IMG/VR virus record: IMGVR_UViG_3300033508_000321
Strand: one strand, 5' to 3'
From: a virus
DNA length: 64,000 bases
Below are positions 51,817 through 60,833 of this stretch, piece by piece. Within the stretch, counting starts at the first letter, position 1. Every line of letters starts with the position of its first letter. A program made the translations under genes and the position numbers. Under the pieces are notes generated by a model. The model was not told where the DNA came from, did no database searches, and saw only the letters and a list, made by a program, of their open reading frames with translations.

Positions 51817-51978
51817 ATGAAAACTTTTGAAATCGAATTTACTACCTTAGGTGGTAACACGCAATCAGTATTGGTAGACGCTTACTCGCAGCTACAAGCA
51901 ATTCGCACATTTGAGAAAAACTATGCGGTGGATGAGATACTGAACATTGAAGAAATAGAAATCCCAGAAATAGACTAA
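51817..51978 (+). CDS. Unlisted 53-aa ORF
   Basis: MKTFEIEFTTLGGNTQSVLVDAYSQLQAIRTFEKNYAVDEILNIEEIEIPEID. Fills the gap before the methyltransferase. Below the track cut-off. Confidence 0.4.
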   Translation: MKTFEIEFTTLGGNTQSVLVDAYSQLQAIRTFEKNYAVDEILNIEEIEIPEID

Positions 51979-51979
51979 T

Positions 51980-53485
51980 ATGTGGAATCAAGATTTTTTC
52001 CCCACGCCGGCAGAGGTAGTATCACAGATGCTACTCGGTGAGGATTTAATCGGCAAAATAATTTTAGAGCCTTCAGCAGGTAAAGGTAACATAGTGGACA
52101 TATTGGTAGAACGTGGTGCAAAAGAAGTGTTAGCGTGTGAGCAAGAACCACAACTACGTAGAATACTCAAAGGCTGCAAAATCTTAGCCGCTGATTTTCT
52201 CACTCTTACCAGTGAGGCTGTTAGCCACATTGACTACATCATAGCAAACCCACCGTTTTCAGAGCAAGAAAAGCACATACAGCACATGATCGATATAGCA
52301 CCCGATGGTTGCATCATTGTAACGTTGTGCAACTCGAATTTAACAAACGCAAATACTACCTCACGCCATAGAATAATGAGCTACGCAAGTCAGTATGGCT
52401 ATTCGCAGGATTTGGGTAGCGTTTTTAGTGATGCTGAGCGCACAACGGATGTAAGCGTTTCAATGCTCAAAATTTTTAAACCGAAAACGGCGGAAAATGA
52501 GTTTGATGGGTATTTCGAATTAGACGATACACCAGAGGAGGATGGCGAAGGCATTATGAGCTATTCAATCATTCGGGAGTTCGTTAACCGATACGTAGGT
52601 GCGATAAAAGATTTTGACTCAGTATACGAAGCCCAAAAGCGGATGAATAACCTAATACAGCCATTCAATAGCAGTATCGTTTTTTCCGCTCACGATGACA
52701 AAACACCACTAACACGTGAAGCATTCAAAAAGCAATTACAAAAAGCGGCGTGGAAAATGATTTTTTCGAAAATGGATATGCATAAGTACACTACCGAAAA
52801 GCTAATGACGCAGTTAAATAAATTCGTAGAACGTCAGCAACACGTGCCCTTTACCGTTAAAAATGTGTGGAAAATGATCGACATGATTGTCGGTACACAT
52901 GATTCCCGGATGCAGTCTTTAATCGTAGAAATCTTTGATAAAATCACAGCACACACACCCGATAATAAACTGGTGCAAGAAGGGTGGAAAACCAACAGCG
53001 AGTATATTGTTAACAAGCGATTTATTCTACCTTCGCACGATGTTCGAATGGGTTACAACGGTAAACCGGATTGGAACTGGAACCGAAATAATTATTTCTT
53101 AGATGACCTCACAAAAGCACTTAGGCTTGTAATGGGCAACGAGTTGGGAAAAGCAGCGAGAGCGGAATTTATTAAGTTAGAAGGTATACGTCCGGTGCAA
53201 TGGTATGCCGTTGGTAGCTGCAAATGTATGCTTGAAAATGATGGTACAATTCGTGAAGAACCCTTGGGATTCTCAGAGGTAATAAAATCGGCGGAATGGG
53301 GTGAGTGGTGTAGTTTCGGATACATAAAATTCAGATGCTACAAGAAGGGTACAGTACACGTGGAATTTCAAACAGAAGAAGTTTGGGCAAAATTTAACAA
53401 CGTAGCAGCAAAAGCAAAAGGATTTCAGTTAGCAAGCAATTTCAAACCAAATACTAAAAAGAATGGAAATAAGTTTAATTCCTAA
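51980..53485 (+). CDS. N6-adenine DNA methyltransferase with long C-terminal extension
   Basis: FFPTP (motif X), ILEPSAGKGNI (motif I), IIANPPFS (motif IV). About 330-aa C-terminal region of unknown role. Confidence 0.75.
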   Translation: MWNQDFFPTPAEVVSQMLLGEDLIGKIILEPSAGKGNIVDILVERGAKEVLACEQEPQLRRILKGCKILAADFLTLTSEAVSHIDYIIANPPFSEQEKHIQHMIDIAPDGCIIVTLCNSNLTNANTTSRHRIMSYASQYGYSQDLGSVFSDAERTTDVSVSMLKIFKPKTAENEFDGYFELDDTPEEDGEGIMSYSIIREFVNRYVGAIKDFDSVYEAQKRMNNLIQPFNSSIVFSAHDDKTPLTREAFKKQLQKAAWKMIFSKMDMHKYTTEKLMTQLNKFVERQQHVPFTVKNVWKMIDMIVGTHDSRMQSLIVEIFDKITAHTPDNKLVQEGWKTNSEYIVNKRFILPSHDVRMGYNGKPDWNWNRNNYFLDDLTKALRLVMGNELGKAARAEFIKLEGIRPVQWYAVGSCKCMLENDGTIREEPLGFSEVIKSAEWGEWCSFGYIKFRCYKKGTVHVEFQTEEVWAKFNNVAAKAKGFQLASNFKPNTKKNGNKFNS

Positions 53486-53678
53486 AAGTGGGTACGAGCA
53501 CATGATAAAATTTGCGGTGCAACGTGGTGAGGTAGAAAATACAATCTACTATACCGATGGCACAATAGGCATAGAGGTAGAACCTGACGAGGCGGATGCT
53601 CAGGTAGCGTACATAAAAACGGTGCTGCTTAAGTACGATGTTTCGGAAAACGATTACACTTTGAGATATGAGCCTTAG
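53463..53678 (+). CDS. Hypothetical protein
   Basis: 71-aa ORF. Confidence 0.4.
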   Translation: MEISLIPKSGYEHMIKFAVQRGEVENTIYYTDGTIGIEVEPDEADAQVAYIKTVLLKYDVSENDYTLRYEP

Positions 53679-54243
53679 TAAGAAAATCATAAAAGAATAC
53701 GGCATTGACGTGAATAGCGGGGAAACTGTAGAGGTTTTCCCCCCCACGATTGACGATATACTTATTGAGTATGCCATACGTTTACGCCGCCGTGAGCGTT
53801 TTTTCTTTCACCGGACGTATAAACGTAATCTTTCGATGCGTGGAATGTACTTAGCGCAGATAAAACGCCTTAAAGCGGAAAATGTGAAGTTAAAGTATGA
53901 TATGTTCGCATTGCAAGTTGAAACCGATAAAAAGATAGTGCAAACGTTGAAGCACCCGATACCCAAACCACCGGTAAAACGGGCGGTAAAAAATTCTGGT
54001 GAAATACCGAAAACCGTTAAAAGCATATTGACTGGCTATACAATGGTAGAGGGTGACGTGATAACTACCTTCATAAAACGCTGGGATGCATACTCGCATG
54101 AAATAAAAATGGTAAAAGTAAAGGGTGCTTACTTGTTTAACTTTTGTTTGTACGAAGGTGAAAAAATAAAAACCCGCAGCAAACTAACTACCGCTTCAAC
54201 CGCAGTTATTACTAACGAATTAAAGCAAAGAATGTACGTATGA
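53668..54243 (+). CDS. Hypothetical protein
   Basis: 191-aa ORF. Confidence 0.5.
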   Translation: MSLSKKIIKEYGIDVNSGETVEVFPPTIDDILIEYAIRLRRRERFFFHRTYKRNLSMRGMYLAQIKRLKAENVKLKYDMFALQVETDKKIVQTLKHPIPKPPVKRAVKNSGEIPKTVKSILTGYTMVEGDVITTFIKRWDAYSHEIKMVKVKGAYLFNFCLYEGEKIKTRSKLTTASTAVITNELKQRMYV

Positions 54244-54515
54244 TAAACCAGAAAATTAAAGATGCTATTGAGAATGGCTATTTAGATGATAGCGTATGCG
54301 TTAACCCCGATGGTTATTTTGTAACCGTAGAAGTTAAGTTACGCATACCGAAGAGTTTTATGCACCAAGTTCATACAAGGCAGATAGAGAAAGGATTGAA
54401 GAAGTACGGTAAAACCATTGACGATTGCGAACCGGATGAGCATCCGTGGGAACTGATGGCGATTGAAGAAATGATCGATTTATTGGCATATTACTTTAAA
54501 AACAAGCAACAATGA
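54240..54515 (+). CDS. Hypothetical protein (weak MazG-like resemblance)
   Basis: KKYGKTIDD...WELMAIEEMIDLLAYY. Low-confidence similarity only. Confidence 0.3.
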   Translation: MINQKIKDAIENGYLDDSVCVNPDGYFVTVEVKLRIPKSFMHQVHTRQIEKGLKKYGKTIDDCEPDEHPWELMAIEEMIDLLAYYFKNKQQ

Positions 54516-55171
54516 AAGTAGAAAGATCATTGCGTGTACTAATAACGCATGAAGAAAGTCAAACAGTAATGGAGGCGTTTTTGAATGCCGGACATGATGC
54601 GTATAGCTGCGACTTATTGCCAGCAAGTGGTAAATACCCTGAAAGGCACTTGCAGATGGATTGCTTTGAGGCCATAAAATTTATTAAACCGGATTTTTTA
54701 GGGATGCACCCGGAGTGTACTCGATTAACAGTTGCGGCAAATAAATATTACAAGCCCGAATATGCTGAAAGGTTTCCAGATATACACACGCAGCGAGCCG
54801 AGGCGGTTGACCATTTTTTGAAATGCGCCGAAGCACTAGAGCACGTTGGTACGGGTTACATTGAAAACCCAATAGGCATAATGAGCAGGTTGCATAAAAA
54901 GCCAACTCAAATAGTACAACCTTATCAATTCGGACATTCTGAACGTAAAAGCACTTGTTTATGGCTTGCCGGATTGCCTACGTTGTACGCCACTAAAGTA
55001 GTTGAGCCTGATATAATCGTGCATAAAAGTGGTAGAACTGACAGCCGCTTGCACTACGAAACTCTTAAACTGCCAAGAGAGGAAAGAAGAAAAGCACGGT
55101 CAAAAACATTTCCGGGTATCGCTCAGGCAATGGCCGAACAATGGACTAATTATTTACTTAATAAATTATAA
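54512..55171 (+). CDS. Phage-type DNA C5-cytosine methyltransferase-like protein (divergent motifs)
   Basis: LRVLITHEESQTV...GHDAYSCDLLP...GMHPECTRL...YIENPIG...QPYQFGH...KSTCLWL...RSKTFPGIAQAMAEQW match the short phage Dcm-like family as I recall it. PEC replaces the usual PPC. Confidence 0.55.
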   Translation: MKVERSLRVLITHEESQTVMEAFLNAGHDAYSCDLLPASGKYPERHLQMDCFEAIKFIKPDFLGMHPECTRLTVAANKYYKPEYAERFPDIHTQRAEAVDHFLKCAEALEHVGTGYIENPIGIMSRLHKKPTQIVQPYQFGHSERKSTCLWLAGLPTLYATKVVEPDIIVHKSGRTDSRLHYETLKLPREERRKARSKTFPGIAQAMAEQWTNYLLNKL

Positions 55172-55173
55172 CA

Positions 55174-55992
55174 ATGAAAGTAGAAATTTTAGCAGATTCA
55201 CTGCACCGAGGCCACCGCCTCACCACTTTCCGACTCACGTTTCCTCAAATCATAGTAAAGGAAATGCTTCGGCATAGAATGTTTTCTTTCGCAAGTCTGA
55301 GTATGCGGGCTATTGGCTTAGATAGAAACATAGAAAAAATAAAGGCGGATATGTGGCGACCTTTGAGCTGGTTACCTGAGCACAAAGGTATGTGTACTGA
55401 TGAGGTAATTGAAAACCGGGAAGAACTGGACGAGCTACATAATGAGCTATTCCAAATCACTATGCGATACGTAAGACAGTTGCAGCAAAGAAACGTATCC
55501 CACCAAATCGTTAACCGGTACATAGAACATTTCGGGCAAGTGCAGATGATTGTATCAGCAACCGAATGGGAAAACTTCTACAAGTTACGCAGGGGTAAAC
55601 GTGCTGAGCAGCACATAAAACTTTTGGCGGAAACGATGTACGATGCTCAAAATACGAGTACACCATACACGTCCGATGACCGCTTCTGGCATATGCCATT
55701 CGTTGGTGGTATAGAAGAAAACGTGGCGAAAGTAGCACGTGTTTCGTTTAGTCAAGATAAGGTATTCACACCAGAGGAAAATAAAAACTTGTACAAGAAA
55801 CTTTTAGCAAGCGGTGAAATGTCACCATTTGAACACGTGGCCGTGGCAATGGGTAGCCGTTACTATGATTATTCACGAACCGTTACCGGTGGTTTAGAGC
55901 ATGGATGGGATAAAAATTTCCGTGGTTTTATTTCTCTTCGCACGCTGGTGGAAAACCCTTTGAACGTAGACTACGTGGAAATGGCAGTGTAG
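55174..55992 (+). CDS. thyX: ThyX-like flavin-dependent thymidylate synthase
   Basis: RHRMFSFASLSMRA fits the ThyX signature RHRxxSxxxxSxR(Y), with Ala in place of Tyr. Confidence 0.65.
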   Translation: MKVEILADSLHRGHRLTTFRLTFPQIIVKEMLRHRMFSFASLSMRAIGLDRNIEKIKADMWRPLSWLPEHKGMCTDEVIENREELDELHNELFQITMRYVRQLQQRNVSHQIVNRYIEHFGQVQMIVSATEWENFYKLRRGKRAEQHIKLLAETMYDAQNTSTPYTSDDRFWHMPFVGGIEENVAKVARVSFSQDKVFTPEENKNLYKKLLASGEMSPFEHVAVAMGSRYYDYSRTVTGGLEHGWDKNFRGFISLRTLVENPLNVDYVEMAV

Positions 55993-55994
55993 TT

Positions 55995-56142
55995 TTAACA
56001 ACTTATTTACAATTAAAGGAAACTTTGTTAAAAACTTGTTAATTTCTAATAGATTTTAACAAATCATTAACAAAGTTTCCTTTTATAATTTATTGGTGTT
56101 TAACAACTTATTAACAAATGATGCTTTATCTTTGTTGTATAA
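55995..56142 (+). repeat. Terminator/promoter module, copy C
   Basis: Differs from copy A at about 4 positions by manual alignment. -7 box 56127-56134. Dyad 56100/56111. Confidence 0.85.
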
Positions 56143-56160
56143 ACAAATAAGAAAAACACC

Positions 56161-56487
56161 ATGAGAACTTTAACAAGCAGTTTCACAAGATTAGAGGAAA
56201 ACACACTTTTTTCCGCTGAATTTCAACAAGCATTAACAGAAGTGCAAAATATGGTACTGGGATTAAGCCCAATGAAAGCCGAACAGGGAAAGTTATACGC
56301 AGCGGAAGCAGCCGGGGAACTTTCCGAGTACGAGGTTGACAAGCTGGTAGAAACTACCATAGTTGAGCACAAGAAATTCACGGCAAAGTTCTACAAATTG
56401 GAACTTAACGATGATGACCAAGGGCAGTATTCAGCTACCGAGGGTGCGTTTTTTGCCTCCGGTGTAGCCACACTAACAATATACTAG
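56161..56487 (+). CDS. Cassette 3 cargo: 108-aa protein of unknown function
   Basis: ORF between module C and hairpin copy 3. Confidence 0.6.
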   Translation: MRTLTSSFTRLEENTLFSAEFQQALTEVQNMVLGLSPMKAEQGKLYAAEAAGELSEYEVDKLVETTIVEHKKFTAKFYKLELNDDDQGQYSATEGAFFASGVATLTIY

Positions 56488-56501
56488 TAGTCACAAACAA
56501 C

Positions 56502-56515
56502 GGGGCGAAAGCCCC
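56502..56515 (+). terminator. Cassette 3' hairpin GGGGC-GAAA-GCCCC (copy 3)
   Basis: Identical 14-mer, 15 nt after the stop. Confidence 0.4.
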
Positions 56516-56531
56516 TTTAAAAAACTAAAAA

Positions 56532-57284
56532 ATGGAAAAATTAATTTTAAACCCAGTTTCAAGGGCGCACAGGAGAAACCGCCAAAGTAGAACAATTTTG
56601 GTTACCAAAACTAAAATTTATACTTTCAATGGTCAAAGTATTGACGGCGTTTGCGTTTCAGAATTAGTAGATGCAAATAAAAACGGCAAGTGGAGTACCA
56701 AAGATTATGCTGTTATTCTTGCAGAGGGTGTTTCTGTGATACACTTAAAGGAAGACTGGGAAACATGCGAATACATAAATGATGTATCGTCTGTTAAATC
56801 AATGGCTAAGGCATTAAACCTCGAAAATTCAGCACCGTCTATCGTTGCTGAGTACATAAAAAGTGAATTGCCTGACGCATGGGAACGACACCTCAGTTTC
56901 AAGAAACGGGTGGCAGCATTAGACGATGCGGGTATATCAGAAACTCTCGAGATAGAGTACAACTATGAGTTCAGGAATAATAGATGTGGGCATCTGCACT
57001 TGCTGCTTGATGAGAAAGTTTGGGATTTCAAAGAAATACCCGGAAAGCTAGTTATAAAAGAAGAAAACCATTATTCAGGACGTGGCGGAGGCGGATGCCA
57101 TTACAAGTTAATAATTGATGCCAGTATCAAAGTAGAAGAACTGTACGAAAGCGATTACGGCGATGATGCCCTTGATACTAGAGGCTGGAAAAAAGAGTAT
57201 AATGGGGGGTGGGTAAAAGAAGTTGTTGCCGTAAACTCAAATTCTCCATTTGCGAATTTAGCACATATGCTCAATAAAAAATAA
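56532..57284 (+). CDS. Hypothetical protein
   Basis: 250-aa ORF. Confidence 0.55.
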   Translation: MEKLILNPVSRAHRRNRQSRTILVTKTKIYTFNGQSIDGVCVSELVDANKNGKWSTKDYAVILAEGVSVIHLKEDWETCEYINDVSSVKSMAKALNLENSAPSIVAEYIKSELPDAWERHLSFKKRVAALDDAGISETLEIEYNYEFRNNRCGHLHLLLDEKVWDFKEIPGKLVIKEENHYSGRGGGGCHYKLIIDASIKVEELYESDYGDDALDTRGWKKEYNGGWVKEVVAVNSNSPFANLAHMLNKK

Positions 57285-57307
57285 ATTAGCTTTTGAGGTT
57301 TAGTCAG

Positions 57308-57315
57308 TATCTTTG
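57308..57315 (+). promoter_or_regulatory. -7 box TAtcTTTG upstream of lysozyme gene
   Basis: Exact TAnnTTTG. ATG at 57362. Confidence 0.45.
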
Positions 57316-57361
57316 TGTTTTCTCTGGGATAAATACCCGGCTAAACACTAAATTTCAAAAT

Positions 57362-57838
57362 ATGAAACTAATTTTAACAATCATTTTTTCCGCCTTTTTT
57401 CTTTCAGCATACGCACCAAGTGAAAAGGTAAGCTACTCAATCATGAGTCACTACGAAAGCATAGTGCAGTACATAAAAGACCATGAAGGTTTCTCTAGTA
57501 CAGTGTATAATGATAACGGTTATCAGGCCATAGGGTACGGTGTAAGGCTTTTAAACCTGAGCTACGTACCTGATACGGTGGACAAAAAAGCGGCGGAAAA
57601 AATGCTTAGAGCGGTGTTCGATAAAAACATACAGTACATAGAACACCACTACCCTAGATTACCAGAAAATAAAAAATTGGCCTTAGCTCATCTCTCATAT
57701 TGTGTGGGCATTGGTACAGTGATAAAGTATAATGGAATTTTGCCGGAAAAAACATTCGGCCAAAGTATAAACCTACGTAATTTTGAAAAACGTATATGGA
57801 CACAATTAGTAAGGAAGAGTTTATTGAAGCGGTTTTAA
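57362..57838 (+). CDS. Lysozyme (GH24/T4-lysozyme-like) with N-terminal signal/anchor sequence
   Basis: Start moved to ATG 57362, downstream of the -7 box. MKLILTIIFSAFFLSAYA signal-like peptide. HEGFSSTVYNDNGYQAIGYG catalytic-region motif. Confidence 0.7.
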   Translation: MKLILTIIFSAFFLSAYAPSEKVSYSIMSHYESIVQYIKDHEGFSSTVYNDNGYQAIGYGVRLLNLSYVPDTVDKKAAEKMLRAVFDKNIQYIEHHYPRLPENKKLALAHLSYCVGIGTVIKYNGILPEKTFGQSINLRNFEKRIWTQLVRKSLLKRF

Positions 57839-57969
57839 AAGGCATTATACCGCACCTGAGCACGTATGATGCTACGCATCTGCTACAGCAAGTAGAAAGC
57901 CTGTATGGTCGGAAAACCATTGAAGAAGCCATCTTATTTTTACAAATGACTTACACCGGCAGAGTATGA
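57796..57969 (+). CDS. Unlisted 57-aa ORF bridging lysozyme and dam-like genes
   Basis: MDTISKEEFIEAVLKGIIPHL... Overlaps the lysozyme 3' end by 43 nt. Its stop overlaps the next ATG (ATGA). Confidence 0.3.
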   Translation: MDTISKEEFIEAVLKGIIPHLSTYDATHLLQQVESLYGRKTIEEAILFLQMTYTGRV

Positions 57970-58394
57970 ATGATGCAATGTTTAGCAGTAAGAGGCATGA
58001 CTACGAAACACCGTTGGATTTTTTCGCTTTGCTCAATGAGCAGTACTTCTTCGATTTGGATGTGTGTGCAAGCAGTGCAAATACCAAGTGCTCGAATTTC
58101 TTTTCGGTAGATGATAACGGTCTGGAAAAAGAATGGTACGGAACGTGTTGGATGAATCCACCCTATGGTCGTGAAATCGGGAAATGGGTAGCAAAAGCGG
58201 CAAGCGAAGCCGAGAAAGGAATTACCATTGTAGCGTTGCTACCTGCCAGACCAGACACGAAATGGTTTCACCAACACATCTACGGTAAACACGAAATACA
58301 GTTTATCAAAGGGCGTCTAAAATTTGTTGGTGCCCCTAGCTCAGCCCCGTTTCCTTCAATGCTCGTAATATTTCGCAAAGAATGGAAGCAGTAA
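57966..58394 (+). CDS. Phage-type N6-adenine DNA methyltransferase (Dam family)
   Basis: ETPLDFFALLNEQYFFDLDVCAS...CWMNPPYGREIGKWVAKA...LLPARPDTKWFH...APFPSMLVIF. Confidence 0.8.
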   Translation: MNDAMFSSKRHDYETPLDFFALLNEQYFFDLDVCASSANTKCSNFFSVDDNGLEKEWYGTCWMNPPYGREIGKWVAKAASEAEKGITIVALLPARPDTKWFHQHIYGKHEIQFIKGRLKFVGAPSSAPFPSMLVIFRKEWKQ

Positions 58395-58454
58395 TAACCG
58401 CCTGTATACTGGGCACGATTTTTATAGTTTGTTTAATTGATTATACGTTATTAG

Positions 58455-58664
58455 ATGAAAAAGACGATTGAATCAGATTTGCCGGTACACGATAAAATAC
58501 GCATAGCGCACGTGCATGGTATTCGAGAATTTAAACTCATAGCAAAAAACACGCAGGAAATTGCATCTGCAAAAAACATAGCAAGTCAGCTACGCTACAA
58601 AGTAAAAGAGAGCCGAAATTGGTTTACCGGCGTGGTTACATTAAAATTCAAATGGACGTTATGA
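58455..58664 (+). CDS. Hypothetical protein
   Basis: 69-aa ORF. Confidence 0.45.
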   Translation: MKKTIESDLPVHDKIRIAHVHGIREFKLIAKNTQEIASAKNIASQLRYKVKESRNWFTGVVTLKFKWTL

Positions 58665-58900
58665 GTGATCTGAATGCACTAAAAGAGGGTAAGCTATTAC
58701 AAGTAATAAACAAAGTTTGGCGTTTCCCTGATTGTGAGGAATCCTACAAGCAGCGTATTGAACGTGGTAAAATAGTGGATGTAGAAATAATTTCCGGTAA
58801 ACATTGCGCTGTAGAAGATACAGGCGACCTATGGAAAATATCAAAGACGATTTACGAGTACTTTAAAAACTTAAAGAATCACGTGGAAAATACTGAATAA
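58661..58900 (+). CDS. Hypothetical protein
   Basis: Start moved to ATG 58661 (MSDLNAL...), ATGA-coupled. Confidence 0.45.
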   Translation: MSDLNALKEGKLLQVINKVWRFPDCEESYKQRIERGKIVDVEIISGKHCAVEDTGDLWKISKTIYEYFKNLKNHVENTE

Positions 58901-58946
58901 ATTATTCGACTGGGATTACGTAGCAGTAACAGGTATTTTCAAGGGT

Positions 58947-59213
58947 GTGTACCGGGTAAGAACCCTACCAAGTGGGGTAGTAGTATACGAAGGTAGTGCA
59001 TACACACCAATAGAAAACTGGGCAGAAGTTCTTTGGCTTACTTGCACACAGGAAAAGTATGGTTTTGTGAGATGCGGAATACCGGACATACAAAACCCGA
59101 TAACGTCAGAGCACGCTGTATGCAAATACATACCCGGTACATCTTCAATCATGGATGTAGCGGTTGAATGGTTCGAGTCACGTTATCCCGGACAATTCAG
59201 AAAAACATCATGA
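58947..59213 (+). CDS. Hypothetical protein (start uncertain)
   Basis: GTG 58947 is the first canonical start, but the frame is open and protein-like from 58875. Confidence 0.4.
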   Translation: MYRVRTLPSGVVVYEGSAYTPIENWAEVLWLTCTQEKYGFVRCGIPDIQNPITSEHAVCKYIPGTSSIMDVAVEWFESRYPGQFRKTS

Positions 59214-59455
59214 AAATAATAGAGATTAAAGGCGGCAAAATAATATCAGATGGGAGACTTTGGTCAAAAGTTAGGAGAAACTTTGACTTAGGTAACCAAA
59301 TACTAGACGTGTTGTACTATACTAACAAGGCATTCGAGCCCGTCAGCATTATTGTAAGTGGTAAAGATGAAACTGAGCAATTTGTCTTTGAAGTACGCCA
59401 AAAGTACGAAAATACTAACCTGAGTTACTTACTCAATTACTGTGGTATTAAATGA
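59210..59455 (+). CDS. Hypothetical protein
   Basis: Start moved to ATG 59210 (MKIIEIK...), ATGA-coupled. Confidence 0.45.
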   Translation: MKIIEIKGGKIISDGRLWSKVRRNFDLGNQILDVLYYTNKAFEPVSIIVSGKDETEQFVFEVRQKYENTNLSYLLNYCGIK

Positions 59456-60243
59456 AAACATTACACTACAAAAACTACACGATGGTAATAGGTGAGCCAG
59501 AATGGCCACACTGTTATGTGGATGTTATAAAAAGCGATGGCAGAGGTAACGTTCAAACTCGTAAGATAGATGAACCGATTTATCCGGTATCCTACCAACA
59601 TAGAGAAAAGAACATTTCATCAGGTCTTACCGTTGCTATTCCAGTGAGCAAGTATGCTGAGAAAATACCTGTTTTATTTGCCGAATTTAAAGCCTTGGTA
59701 GAAACCAGAAGAACGGAAAGACTCGAAAGGGTTGTAGAAAAACGCAAAGAACTGGCAATCGGTAGAACATACCCTAGGTTAACACATTTCGAGTTTAAAA
59801 ACGTAACGGTACACATCATAGAAGATTTTCGTGGTAAGATGTGGGATGTAAAAGAACCTTATTTGGGTAAGTCCTACCAGCTATTTTTCAATAAGCGTAG
59901 ATTGTACCCACACATTAACGAACCAGTAGAACACGAACTTTCCGCCGATTTTATCCTAGGTGCTTTGCACCCGGGTAGATTAGAAGATTACGGACACGTG
60001 TACCAAGATTTTTTGGGTGAGAGAAAACCTTACAGCGAAACAACATACAAAGAAGCTATAAACCTGCTACCCATGTACGAGTTTCTAGGGTATGAAGTAA
60101 AATTTCGTGGTGAGGTATTAAAAATACTGGACTTAAATTTTAAGTTCGGTGTGCGTGATTACCTCGAGTACGAGGTGTTAGGGGAACTAGATACCTGGGG
60201 TATGTTTACAGCATTACAAAACAAATTAAAATACTTATCATGA
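59452..60243 (+). CDS. Hypothetical protein
   Basis: ATGA-coupled 263-aa ORF. Confidence 0.55.
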   Translation: MKTLHYKNYTMVIGEPEWPHCYVDVIKSDGRGNVQTRKIDEPIYPVSYQHREKNISSGLTVAIPVSKYAEKIPVLFAEFKALVETRRTERLERVVEKRKELAIGRTYPRLTHFEFKNVTVHIIEDFRGKMWDVKEPYLGKSYQLFFNKRRLYPHINEPVEHELSADFILGALHPGRLEDYGHVYQDFLGERKPYSETTYKEAINLLPMYEFLGYEVKFRGEVLKILDLNFKFGVRDYLEYEVLGELDTWGMFTALQNKLKYLS

Positions 60244-60569
60244 AGGAGTTTATTATTTGTGCCGCAAATTATTATAATGACGGCAAAGTTTACGAACAGC
60301 AGCCAAAAAATATAGAAATTGGTTTTGTTGTTTGTGGTAGAGGACACCATAATTGTATTTTTGTTTTTGCGCAAATTGCCGGATTTCCCTACAACGAATT
60401 TTGGCAAAATGTAAGCAATAATGAAATTCAAGGTTTTATTACTAATACAAACCGGTTCGTAAACCGAAAAGAGGCGTATCATATTGCCTACAGTGCTGAT
60501 CAAATTACCGGACCAACTAAAGGTTGTCCCACGAATAACATAGGATTAACAAGTGAAGATTTATACTAA
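60240..60569 (+). CDS. Hypothetical protein
   Basis: ATGA-coupled 109-aa ORF. Confidence 0.5.
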   Translation: MKEFIICAANYYNDGKVYEQQPKNIEIGFVVCGRGHHNCIFVFAQIAGFPYNEFWQNVSNNEIQGFITNTNRFVNRKEAYHIAYSADQITGPTKGCPTNNIGLTSEDLY

Positions 60570-60581
60570 AACGCATAAAAA

Positions 60582-60833
60582 ATGAAAGAAGAACAAACAG
60601 CAGATGCTTACGTACAACATGTATTTTCCGTAGCTGAGAAAATGCACAACGCAATACTGAGTAACCAAGCGTATTTAGACCACATAGAAGGTGAAATTCG
60701 TAAACAGGTAAAAGACCCGGAAGCCCGCACAAAATTTTTCTACCAAACGGTAGCAGAAGAAGCATGGCGACACGCAAATGCTTTCGTGGGTGTATCAAAA
60801 AACCTAAAAGAATTAGGACTATGGAAACCATAA
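60582..60833 (+). CDS. Hypothetical protein
   Basis: 83-aa ORF. Confidence 0.45.
   Translation: MKEEQTADAYVQHVFSVAEKMHNAILSNQAYLDHIEGEIRKQVKDPEARTKFFYQTVAEEAWRHANAFVGVSKNLKELGLWKP

Noticed and set aside
58875-58946. Open, protein-like frame upstream of the GTG start at 58947 (LNKLFDWDYVAVTGIFKG...), suggesting a non-canonical start or a frameshift from 58661-58900
   Set aside because: No slippery sequence or canonical start codon is visible, and the evidence is limited to 24 codons without a stop. It is left as an uncertain start.
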